From a candidate division WOR-3 bacterium (GTDB lineage: Bacteria; Hydrothermota; Hydrothermia; B15-G9; WFZT01): 18,504 nt of DNA. Below are positions 1 to 7,833 of the stretch, in pieces. Location of the stretch: positions 1-18,504 of the forward strand of contig JALUEE010000016.1 in NCBI GenBank assembly GCA_027053075.1, given 5' to 3'. How positions within the stretch are numbered: position 1 is the stretch's first letter; every line of letters starts with the position of its first letter. Under the pieces are notes generated by a model. The model was not told the DNA's origin. It worked only from the letters and a program-made list of their open reading frames with translations, and searched no databases. Position numbers and translations under genes: made by a program.

Positions 1-105
1 GGATTTGGCCAGGTAATTAAAGTTTCGGATGGTAAAGTTGAAGTCAGGTTCCAGAGTGGTTTGAAAAAGATTCGCTCCGATTCAAACAAACTCAGAAAAG
101 TATGA
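1..105 (+). CDS. 3' end of a probable PcrA/UvrD-family helicase (C-terminal Tudor-like domain), truncated by the window edge
   Basis: Frame 1 reads GFGQVIKVSDGKVEVRFQSGLKKIRSDSNKLRKV*, resembling the PcrA/UvrD C-terminus (G-x-V...V-x-F...G-x-K-K...L-x-K-V). The stop overlaps the next ATG (ATGA, 102-105). Only 34 aa are visible. Confidence 0.6.
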   Translation, partial: GFGQVIKVSDGKVEVRFQSGLKKIRSDSNKLRKV

Positions 106-545
106 AAAAGCTGTTTGCGATAACTATAATACTTATTCTCGCCTTCTTCACAATGACGATAACATATTCTTCTTACAATGGTGTGAAATCGCGAAAGGTC
201 GTAAAATTATCACAAAGTGTTTTCCCAGATATGAGAATTGAGATTCTTGATGCAACTGGAGAAAACGGTGATTCAGTATTACAATATATAACAGGATTTT
301 TGAGAAAGTTGAATTTTGATATAGCCTTTGCCGGAAAAGCTATTGATACAATCGGTTTTACCTACGTAGTTGATAGAGTCGATACGAACATGCAGAACGC
401 GAGAGACATAGCCAGGATACTGGGGGTGTCCAGAATCCATTTTAGCAAAGACCCTGATTCCACAGAGGATGTCACTATAATTATTGGCAAAGACTATAAA
501 AAGATCATAAACAAACTGGAGGATGATTATGGATATAAGAGATAA
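102..545 (+). CDS. LytR C-terminal domain (LytR_C) protein with N-terminal membrane anchor
   Basis: Hydrophobic N-terminus; IEILDATGENG...FLRKLNFDI...ARDIARILG...DVTIIIGKDY fits the LytR_C pattern (V-x-V-L-N-G-T-G...D-V-x-V-I-I-G-x-D). Confidence 0.8.
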   Translation: MKKLFAITIILILAFFTMTITYSSYNGVKSRKVVKLSQSVFPDMRIEILDATGENGDSVLQYITGFLRKLNFDIAFAGKAIDTIGFTYVVDRVDTNMQNARDIARILGVSRIHFSKDPDSTEDVTIIIGKDYKKIINKLEDDYGYKR

Positions 546-1500
546 GGTGAAAAACCTCGGGCCAACTGGTGTTAAGGTTTCACCTATCTGTCTAGGGACC
601 ATGCAATTTGGATGGACTGCTGATAAAGAGCAGGCCTTTAAAGTTCTTGATGCGTTTTACGAAGCTGGTGGAAACTTTATTGACACGGCAGATGTTTACT
701 CAAGGTGGGTTGAAGGAAACCCGGGTGGAGTGGCAGAGGAGATCATCGGAGAGTGGATGAGGGACCGTGGCAACAGACGGGAGATTGTGCTTGCCACAAA
801 GGTGAGAGGCAGGATGTGGGATGGCCCCAACGGAGAAGGACTCTCACGTTACCATATTCGGAGAGCTGTGGAGGATAGTCTGAGAAGGTTGAAAACCGAT
901 GTCATTGACCTCTACCAGATGCACTGGCCTGACTATTCGACCCCACTTGAAGAGACTTTGAGAACTCTTGATGACCTCATATCTGAAGGCAAAGTGCTGT
1001 ACATCGGGGTGTCTAACTATCCTGGCTGGCTCATAGAACAGGCTATGCTAATAAGCCAGCTACACAATTTTGAGAGATTTGTGACAGTACAGCCGAAATA
1101 CAACATTGTTGACAGGGAAGAATTTGAGAAGAATGTTCTGCCGCAGGTAAACAAGTATCACCTTGGCGTGATACCATATTCCCCACTTGCTGCAGGATTT
1201 TTGACTGGTAAATACAGAAAAGGGCAGCCCCTTCCGGTGTCTGCAAGAGCGAGTAGTGTCCAGGAGAGGTATTTCAACGATCGCGGGTTTGCAATCCTTG
1301 ATAAGGTAATAGAGATAGCAGAAAAGCTGGATGCAACTCCTGCTCAGGTCTCACTTGCATGGCTTCTCCATAAACCTTTTATAACGAGTCCTATCATTGG
1401 CGCCAACACAGTAGAGCAACTGATGGACAATCTAAAAGCGGCTCTAATCGAGATTCCGCCAGAACTTATGGTGGAGTTAGATGAAGTTAGTAAGTTTTAA
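529..1500 (+). CDS. Aldo/keto reductase (Tas/YajO-like)
   Basis: LGPTGVKVSPICLGTMQFG, FIDTADVY, LATKV, SLRRLKTDVIDLYQMHWPD, IGVSNY, YSPLAAGFLTGKY, PIIGA. Start placed at the second ATG (529), 6 nt after GGAGG at 518-522. Confidence 0.95.
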   Translation: MDIRDKVKNLGPTGVKVSPICLGTMQFGWTADKEQAFKVLDAFYEAGGNFIDTADVYSRWVEGNPGGVAEEIIGEWMRDRGNRREIVLATKVRGRMWDGPNGEGLSRYHIRRAVEDSLRRLKTDVIDLYQMHWPDYSTPLEETLRTLDDLISEGKVLYIGVSNYPGWLIEQAMLISQLHNFERFVTVQPKYNIVDREEFEKNVLPQVNKYHLGVIPYSPLAAGFLTGKYRKGQPLPVSARASSVQERYFNDRGFAILDKVIEIAEKLDATPAQVSLAWLLHKPFITSPIIGANTVEQLMDNLKAALIEIPPELMVELDEVSKF

Positions 1501-1525
1501 AAAGTCAAAAAAGGAGGTAAGAAAA

Positions 1526-1822
1526 ATGCAGCAACAACAGCAGATACAGCTGGATCTTGATGAAAACATGGGCCAGGGGGTGTATTCTAATCTTGTTATG
1601 ATTACACATAGTCCTTCAGAGATCATCCTTGATTTTGCAAGGATGATGCCAGGCCTTCCGAAGGCCAAGATCGTATCAAGAATCATCATGACCCCTCAGC
1701 ATGCCAAACTCCTGCTCAAGGCCCTTGAGGATAATATTAAAAAGTACGAGTCAAGATTCGGAGAGATAAAGCTACATGGAATAGAGCAGAAAAAGCTGGG
1801 ATTTGTTAAAGACGAAGAATAA
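1526..1822 (+). CDS. DUF3467-like small protein
   Basis: GVYSNLVMITHSPSEIILDFARMMPGLPKAKIVSRIIMTPQHAKLLLKALEDNIKKYESRFGEI is typical of this family. AGGAGGT at 1512-1518 supports ATG 1526 over 1481. Confidence 0.85.
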   Translation: MQQQQQIQLDLDENMGQGVYSNLVMITHSPSEIILDFARMMPGLPKAKIVSRIIMTPQHAKLLLKALEDNIKKYESRFGEIKLHGIEQKKLGFVKDEE

Positions 1823-1830
1823 ACCCTTAC

Positions 1831-3249
1831 ATGGAAAGGCTATATCAAAAGCTCATTCTTCCCATTGTAATAGGGTTTATAGCGCTCATTTTATCGTTTC
1901 TTTTCTTTGCTCATCAAGTTCAAAAAAAGGTAACAAATAAAATCAGGATGCGAGAGATTGGCTACATGGAAGAATCTCTCGCATCCTATTTTTCCAGCCA
2001 GAAGGATTTATTATCAAAAATCCTTGTTTTGATGACCTACGAAAACACCGAGCCTTCTAAGTTCCACAGTTCGCCGGCAATGTTTGCTACATTAGATGCA
2101 CTGGGAAAATTTAATATTAACACCAACAAGATCGATATGTCCTTCAAATTTGCCGGCAGATTTGATAGACGCGAAATAGTTAAAATTATCAAGAAAAATT
2201 TCCAGTATAATGCGCCGGTCCCTCATTATTATTTTTTCTACTACGTGGTTGATTCATCAAGTACGCTGTTACCGGATATGTATCTTCTTGGAGTAAAAGT
2301 TAGGAAGGGTAAGGGAGTTCTTATTGGTGAAACTTTATACCCCACCATTTTTATGAACATGCCATCCACTCTCCGAAACAAGGTATATATAACACTTAAT
2401 AAATCCACTTACAAGGGGCCGTATTTCTCGCTTAATCCTGTATTTCCACGAGGTATCCGAATCTACATACTTTACAGGAATCCTTTGAATCTCGAAAGCA
2501 GTTTAAATATATTTAAAAAACTTCTTGGTGGCGCAACGCTTTTATTCATCCTGTTCACCTTTGTGGTGCTATTTGTGACCATCGAATACTTTAAGTATAA
2601 CTTCCAGAAAAAATTGTGGCCTGTTGCAAAACTGATGGATTTCTTATCCGGCTACAAGCTTACGGAGTTTGAACGCACTGCTCAGTCATTCAAAGGAGAT
2701 GAAGACTCTATCTTCAGGGATATGATAGATGCACTCAGCAGGATAAAAAACCTTGTGGTTATTGATCCATTAACAGGTGCATTTACAAGAGAGTATATAG
2801 TGCGGAGAATTGAAGAGGAAATAAATAAATGCCGAAGGGAGCAGTGCACATTTTCTGTTCTCTATCTGGATTTTGATAACTTTAAGGAGATAAACGACAA
2901 TTATGGACATCTTGTAGGGGACAAAGCCCTCGAAGCCTTTGTTGATCTCATGAAGAGAATTACAAGGCCATATGATGTAATTGGAAGAATGGGTGGTGAT
3001 GAATTTGTCCTTCTTCTCCCATCGCAGGGATTGAGCGAGGCCATGCGTGTGGCCCAGAGAATCCTCGAAGTAGTTTCAAAAGAGCTGGCCATCAAGGCCG
3101 GCAAAAAAATGGTAAGACCCAAAATCAGCATTGGAGTTACTGCATTCAGACCTTCTGATAGAAGGCCTGAAGAGGTTATCGAACGGGCAGATATGGCACT
3201 CATGAAGGCTAAGGAAAGCGGAAAGAACAGGGCTCTTGCAATTTATTAA
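1831..3249 (+). CDS. Membrane-anchored diguanylate cyclase (GGDEF) with extracytoplasmic sensor region
   Basis: Two hydrophobic segments flank a ~200-aa region. The C-terminal domain has DPLTG, DFDNFKEINDNYGHLVGD, an RxxD I-site (RPYD), intact GGDEF and RADMALMKAKESGKN. Confidence 0.95.
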   Translation: MERLYQKLILPIVIGFIALILSFLFFAHQVQKKVTNKIRMREIGYMEESLASYFSSQKDLLSKILVLMTYENTEPSKFHSSPAMFATLDALGKFNINTNKIDMSFKFAGRFDRREIVKIIKKNFQYNAPVPHYYFFYYVVDSSSTLLPDMYLLGVKVRKGKGVLIGETLYPTIFMNMPSTLRNKVYITLNKSTYKGPYFSLNPVFPRGIRIYILYRNPLNLESSLNIFKKLLGGATLLFILFTFVVLFVTIEYFKYNFQKKLWPVAKLMDFLSGYKLTEFERTAQSFKGDEDSIFRDMIDALSRIKNLVVIDPLTGAFTREYIVRRIEEEINKCRREQCTFSVLYLDFDNFKEINDNYGHLVGDKALEAFVDLMKRITRPYDVIGRMGGDEFVLLLPSQGLSEAMRVAQRILEVVSKELAIKAGKKMVRPKISIGVTAFRPSDRRPEEVIERADMALMKAKESGKNRALAIY

Positions 3250-4100
3250 AATTTTAAGCTCCATCCTGGCCCTCTGAGGAATCCCGCGATTACAGTCAAA
3301 ATCAAATACCAGGCAAGGATTATCCAAAAGACTATTTTAATCACTTTAGCACGAGGATAGAGAGATAAGACCACGAGACTTATTAATGGGAATACCACAC
3401 CACCAAGCCATGGATAGATCTCGTAAACAAGCTCTTGAATGCCCAGAAAGAACCATGGGCCCTTCACCGGATCAAGAGGATAATCTACAGGTTTTCCTAT
3501 CCCGGGATTGATCACAAGAGAAAGCAAGGTTACCCATAGGAAAACATATCCCAGCTTCTTGAAATCCGGTAAAACAAGCCTAACATGCCAGAAAAACAGG
3601 AAAAAGAAGGGTAATGTAAAGGTAAGCGCATGGTTGGTAAATACGGTGTAAAGACCTGATAAATCTATATTGCCAAACAGGGCCCTCGAAAATCCTGAGC
3701 CAATTAGAGGAATGGTTTTTAACAGGCTGGAAGCTACATCCATTGCAAAAATTCCCTCTTTACTTCCTCTCAAAATATATCCTGTAAAGACAACCACAAA
3801 TGAGAGCGGAAAAAATATCGTAACCTCCCAGAACCAGCGAGAAGCTGGATACTTTATGTTTTTTCTCATGTACTCCCATTTGTGAAGAAATAAAGAAATG
3901 AGGAAAAATTGGGCCGAGAAGTAGTGTATTCTTCTGAAAAACTCACCCCAGGGAACAACCCCGGAAATAATTTCAAGGGATTTGTAGGCGTTGAACGGAT
4001 TGTATTTAAAGGCAATCACAACCCCGCTGATAACTGCAATTAAAAAGGAATGAAAGCTAATATCTCCCCATGAAATTCTATCATTCCACTGCATTGCCAT
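3246..4100 (-). CDS. Cytochrome b/b6-family membrane protein (di-heme)
   Basis: Four heme-ligand His: RRIHY...LFLHK (13 residues between) and TNHAL...FWHVR (14 between). Also FTGYIL, TIPLIG, and PVKGPWFFLGIQEL at the PEWY-equivalent position. Confidence 0.85.
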   Translation of the reverse strand: MAMQWNDRISWGDISFHSFLIAVISGVVIAFKYNPFNAYKSLEIISGVVPWGEFFRRIHYFSAQFFLISLFLHKWEYMRKNIKYPASRWFWEVTIFFPLSFVVVFTGYILRGSKEGIFAMDVASSLLKTIPLIGSGFSRALFGNIDLSGLYTVFTNHALTFTLPFFFLFFWHVRLVLPDFKKLGYVFLWVTLLSLVINPGIGKPVDYPLDPVKGPWFFLGIQELVYEIYPWLGGVVFPLISLVVLSLYPRAKVIKIVFWIILAWYLILTVIAGFLRGPGWSLKF

Positions 4101-4161
4101 ATTTTAAACCATACACACATTCAGCCTGAAGAGAGCTCGTCCGAAAATTACCCCCTTTCTA

Positions 4162-4196
4162 TCCTCTTCCCACGCACAAAGTGCGTGGGAGGAGGA
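4162..4196. repeat. REP-like G/C-rich palindrome (target of MITE copy 1)
   Basis: TCCTCTTCCCACGCAC-AAA-GTGCGTGGGAGGAGGA: 16-bp stem with one T/G pair. Its G-rich tail is interrupted by the MITE. Confidence 0.8.
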
Positions 4197-4203
4197 GTAA
4201 GGT

Positions 4204-4419
4204 CTGACGTCACCCACGAATTTCTGGAAAATAACACCTCATCCCTTACCACAACTACAAAAAGGTGTACTACGCTCAATATTTGAACACTCTCTTTATA
4301 CGGTATAAACGAATATATCCTTCCGGTAAAAATTGTTGATTTAGTGCGAAAAATTGAATTTCCCGCCCAGATTGCGTTGTATAAATATACATGAAAAGCA
4401 AAAACATGGGTGATGTCAG
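4204..4419 (+). mobile_element. 216-bp MITE, copy 1
   Basis: TIRs CTGACGTCACCCACG / CTGACATCACCCATG (13/15); perfect 10-bp TSD GGAGTAAGGT at 4194-4203 and 4420-4429; 215/216 identical to the reverse complement of 18075-18290. Confidence 0.93.
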
Positions 4420-4677
4420 GGAGTAAGGTGGGGGGCAAATTTTTCATTAAAAATTAAAGGTTTTGAAATTTTTCGAACAGGCTCGCCTGAAGAGATTACT
4501 TTTTAAGTTCTTTGTCCAAATTTAGATAAATCCGAAGATGCAACTACCTCACAATTCCCGATACTGGCAGCGACAGGCAGATTCCATCTCCATAATCATT
4601 CTGAAGGTCGAGAACATAGATATACTCACCTGAATTCGTTGTGTTTTGATTGAGGACAACATTAAAATCTACCCACA

Positions 4678-6087
4678 ATGAAGAAAGCCTCTATCATCCT
4701 TTTAATCCTTTCGGTTTTGCTACTAAAAATGAATATCCAGATTTCTGTGAAATTGGCACTTTTTGCAATTTTTTTGCTTGCCCTGTCTGCCGAAGACCTC
4801 TGTTCATCCTGGCCATTAATAACGCTTGTTTTCTTTATTATTTTAACAGGTCTCAAGCTGCTTCAATTCGATTTTTATATATCCACGGGATTTGACCTCG
4901 GCATAAGAGCGAGCATTTTGCATAACCTTGCCTATCATGGAAGACTTTTTGATAGCTTGAATCAAACGGGCGGATTCTCCGGTCACATATGGCCGATTGC
5001 TTACCCTCTCTTCCTGCTCATGTATATCTGGGATGATCCGAGGATTCTGCTCATTACCCAGAGTTTTTTCATCTCCCTTATCATTCCTGCCGCATGCCTT
5101 TTATTCAAGGCCTTAAATCTGGAAAAACGGCATAGAACAATCCTTCTGAGTATTGTCATATTTAACATTTACCTCCACCGTGTAAGTGGATTTGATTTTC
5201 ACCCTGAGGCACTTGGAATCTCTATTTTTATTCTTGGAATTTATGCCCTGGAGAAGAGAACGTATGGAATATTTTATTTATCCCTTCTCCTGACCCTGAT
5301 TTTGAAAGAAGATGTGACCATCGCGTGGATATCTCTGGGATTCTACTACTGGTTTAAAAATAAGAAGGATGCGTTGAGAATATTTATACCCACAGTTATT
5401 TATGGAATACTGGCCGCAATACTCGTGCTCAAATACGTAAATCTTGGAATGATGGCAGGGGCAAATTACTCCGGTAATTTTAGCATAACTTCAAGAATAA
5501 AACCTGTTACCGAATTTTTCCTGAGTTTTGCTTTTCTTCCTATTCTTACCGTAAAAGGCATAGTTTCGTATATTCTCCCTCTTTTTGAGCATATTTTGAG
5601 CTCTAAACCTCTTCATTATCAGCTTAAATGCCAGTACTCAGCTATGTTGATCCCATCTGTACTCCTTGCCTCTATCATTGCACTGAAAAGGGTAAAATTT
5701 AAAAGGAATTTGCTCATGCTCCTTGTTATTGTTGCCGGTCTTTTCTCTGTAGATGAAGGATTAGTGGAAAGGTACATTGCTTATGACCGAATTGATTCAA
5801 AAAGAAAGGCTTATCTTGATGAGATTATTAATGAATTGCCGCAGGATGAAGTGGTAAGTGCCGGGAATCATATAACCCCACACCTTGTTACAACGCACAG
5901 GGTGTATCAATTCCCGTTGATTAAAGATGCAGACCTGATTGTAATAGACACCACATGGCACGATTTTACGCCACTTACAGCAGATTCAGGAATGAAATTT
6001 TTATCTCAGGTGATCAAAAGCGGGAATTTCAAGGTTGTCTCCGATAGTCTTGGCGTTCTCATTTTAAGAAAATCTTCTTATCGATAG
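4678..6087 (+). CDS. DUF2079-like polytopic membrane protein (putative GT-C-fold glycosyltransferase-like)
   Basis: Many TM segments; motifs GFDLGI, GHIWP, LLITQ, DFHPEAL, LKED, HYQ...QYS, and a soluble C-terminus (LPQDEVVSA...PHL). Start uncertain because no clear SD is present. Confidence 0.75.
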   Translation: MKKASIILLILSVLLLKMNIQISVKLALFAIFLLALSAEDLCSSWPLITLVFFIILTGLKLLQFDFYISTGFDLGIRASILHNLAYHGRLFDSLNQTGGFSGHIWPIAYPLFLLMYIWDDPRILLITQSFFISLIIPAACLLFKALNLEKRHRTILLSIVIFNIYLHRVSGFDFHPEALGISIFILGIYALEKRTYGIFYLSLLLTLILKEDVTIAWISLGFYYWFKNKKDALRIFIPTVIYGILAAILVLKYVNLGMMAGANYSGNFSITSRIKPVTEFFLSFAFLPILTVKGIVSYILPLFEHILSSKPLHYQLKCQYSAMLIPSVLLASIIALKRVKFKRNLLMLLVIVAGLFSVDEGLVERYIAYDRIDSKRKAYLDEIINELPQDEVVSAGNHITPHLVTTHRVYQFPLIKDADLIVIDTTWHDFTPLTADSGMKFLSQVIKSGNFKVVSDSLGVLILRKSSYR

Positions 6088-6192
6088 GAGGCACATCTTT
6101 GGCTAATCCAGCAACGCCTGGACTTTTAAATCAATCGAATTTTTTCCGGAATAAGATTAATGAACGTTTTGTTTGTGCGAAAACTTTATTTC

Positions 6193-6221
6193 TTGACGAT
6201 TTTATGCGGTAGATTTATCCT
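6193..6221 (+). promoter_or_regulatory. Sigma70-type promoter of the oxidoreductase-ndk operon
   Basis: TTGACG (6193-6198), 17 nt spacer, TATCCT (6216-6221); AGGAGGT SD at 6244-6250 before TTG 6258. Confidence 0.6.
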
Positions 6222-6257
6222 TTTGAGACCACTACTGAAAAATAGGAGGTATTTAAA

Positions 6258-7268
6258 TTGGCTAAATGGAAGGATTTGAAGATCCATATCCGGGAGGACT
6301 TATGTAAAAAATGCGAAATCTGCGTTAACATCTGTCCTACCGATGTTCTCGCCACCAACGAAGAGGGTTACCCTGAGGTGGTGGCGCTCGAGAGATGTAC
6401 AGGTTGTATGCTCTGTGAAGACCATTGTCCTGATTTTGCAATCTGGGTAGAAAAAGACGGTGACCATCCCGAGCATCCAGGCTGGAAATACCTTAGAATG
6501 AACCACATGCCAAATGTATGGTGTCCGGGCTGTGGAATTGGAGCCATTTTCTATGCGCTTTTGAAAGCAGTGGAAAAGCTTGGAATTCCAAAGGATAAGA
6601 TTGCAATGGTTTCAGGGATCGGTTGTACCGGAAGAATGCCTGGTTATGCAGACTTCAACACACTGCACACCACACACGGTAGGGCCCTTGCCTTCGCAAC
6701 TGGTATAAAACTTGCCAACCCAGATTTGACCGTTATCACCGTGCTTGGTGATGGTGACGGACTCGCCATAGGCGGTAACCATTTTGTTCATGCTGCAAGA
6801 AGAAACATCGACATGCTAACAATTGTTGTAAACAACTTCATCTATGGAATGACAGGTGGACAGGTCTCACCTACTACACCAAGAGATTCCTACGCAACTA
6901 CAGCGCCGTATGGCCAGGCCGAAAAGCCCTTCGACGCGTGTGAGGTGGCAAAGGCTGCGGGAGCAAACTTTGTTGCGAGAAGCACCACTTACCACATTAC
7001 AATGACTCAGAGATTCATGGAGCAGGGATTGAAAAAGAAAGGATTCTCTCTCGTTGAGGTGCTTTCCCAGTGCCCGACATATTACGGAAGGCTCAACGAC
7101 ATGGTCGATCCATATGCAATGCTCGAATGGCAGAAGACACATGTTTACAGAGTGGGTGGAAGAGTGAAAGAGAACGCATTCCCAATGGGCGTTATTTATG
7201 AAGGTGACAGACCTGAATATGTCGAAACCCTTCAGCAGAAATACGCAAAATTGAGAGGGGAGAAATAA
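6258..7268 (+). CDS. Fused 2[4Fe-4S] ferredoxin (delta) and TPP-binding beta subunit of a 2-oxoacid:ferredoxin oxidoreductase
   Basis: N-terminal CKKCEICVNICP and CTGCMLCEDHCP; then WCPGCG, SGIGC, HTTHGRALAFATG, GDGD...NNFIYGMTGGQVSPTT and SQCPT of KorB/PorB-type beta subunits. Confidence 0.93.
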   Translation: MAKWKDLKIHIREDLCKKCEICVNICPTDVLATNEEGYPEVVALERCTGCMLCEDHCPDFAIWVEKDGDHPEHPGWKYLRMNHMPNVWCPGCGIGAIFYALLKAVEKLGIPKDKIAMVSGIGCTGRMPGYADFNTLHTTHGRALAFATGIKLANPDLTVITVLGDGDGLAIGGNHFVHAARRNIDMLTIVVNNFIYGMTGGQVSPTTPRDSYATTAPYGQAEKPFDACEVAKAAGANFVARSTTYHITMTQRFMEQGLKKKGFSLVEVLSQCPTYYGRLNDMVDPYAMLEWQKTHVYRVGGRVKENAFPMGVIYEGDRPEYVETLQQKYAKLRGEK

Positions 7269-7269
7269 A

Positions 7270-7833
7270 ATGGCAAGAATTGAGATTGCTTTAACAGGTG
7301 CAGGTGGTCAGGGACTGCTTCTCGCCGGTTATGTGCTTGCGGAAGCAGCCATACTTGATGGTAAAGATGCCCTTCAGGCATCGATGTATGGTCCCGAGGC
7401 ACGTCTTGGCTCATCCAGGTCAGATGTGGTGATTTCCGATACTGAAATTACATATCCAAGAGCAACCAATCCGGACATTCTCCTTGTTCTTAACCAGGAT
7501 TCTTGTGATAAGTATGTCAAAACTCTCAAAGAGAATGGCATCCTTGTGTGTGACATCAGTGCCGTCAGAAGAATTCCTGACGAGGACAAGATCAAGAACC
7601 TTTACAAGGTACCTCTTGCAAGAATTGCCTCACAGGAATTTGGAACACCACTCGTTACAAATATTCTTTCTCTTGGATTCATTGCTGGGATCACAGGAAT
7701 TGTTTCCAAGAAATCCCTCGAGGAATCCATAAAAAAAGTGGTAAAGAAAAAGTTTGTCGAGCTGAACCTCAAGGCGGTCAACAAGGGGTTTGAGCTTGCA
7801 GAGGAATACAAAACACAGAAGGTCAGTGGATAG
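7270..7833 (+). CDS. 2-oxoacid:ferredoxin oxidoreductase gamma subunit (KorC-like)
   Basis: GAGGQGLLLAG, YGPEARLGSSRSDVVISD, NILSLG, LNLKAVNKG. Confidence 0.93.
   Translation: MARIEIALTGAGGQGLLLAGYVLAEAAILDGKDALQASMYGPEARLGSSRSDVVISDTEITYPRATNPDILLVLNQDSCDKYVKTLKENGILVCDISAVRRIPDEDKIKNLYKVPLARIASQEFGTPLVTNILSLGFIAGITGIVSKKSLEESIKKVVKKKFVELNLKAVNKGFELAEEYKTQKVSG

Larger units (their letters stand above)
4133..4484. mobile_element. Outer MITE-like element (126 bp after removing the nested insert) carrying a REP-like hairpin
   Basis: Imperfect inverted ends GAGCTCGTCCGAAAA (from 4133) and GAGCCTGTTCGAAAA (reverse complement, ending 4484), 12/15 match. Flanked by a 9-bp direct repeat GCCTGAAGA (4124-4132, 4485-4493). 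Confidence 0.75.

Noticed and set aside
4148..4447. 99-aa minus-strand ORF (and the 83-aa ORF at 18208-18459)
   Set aside because: Both run across MITE and flank junctions, have no transposase motifs, and are not preserved as the same ORF in both copies.
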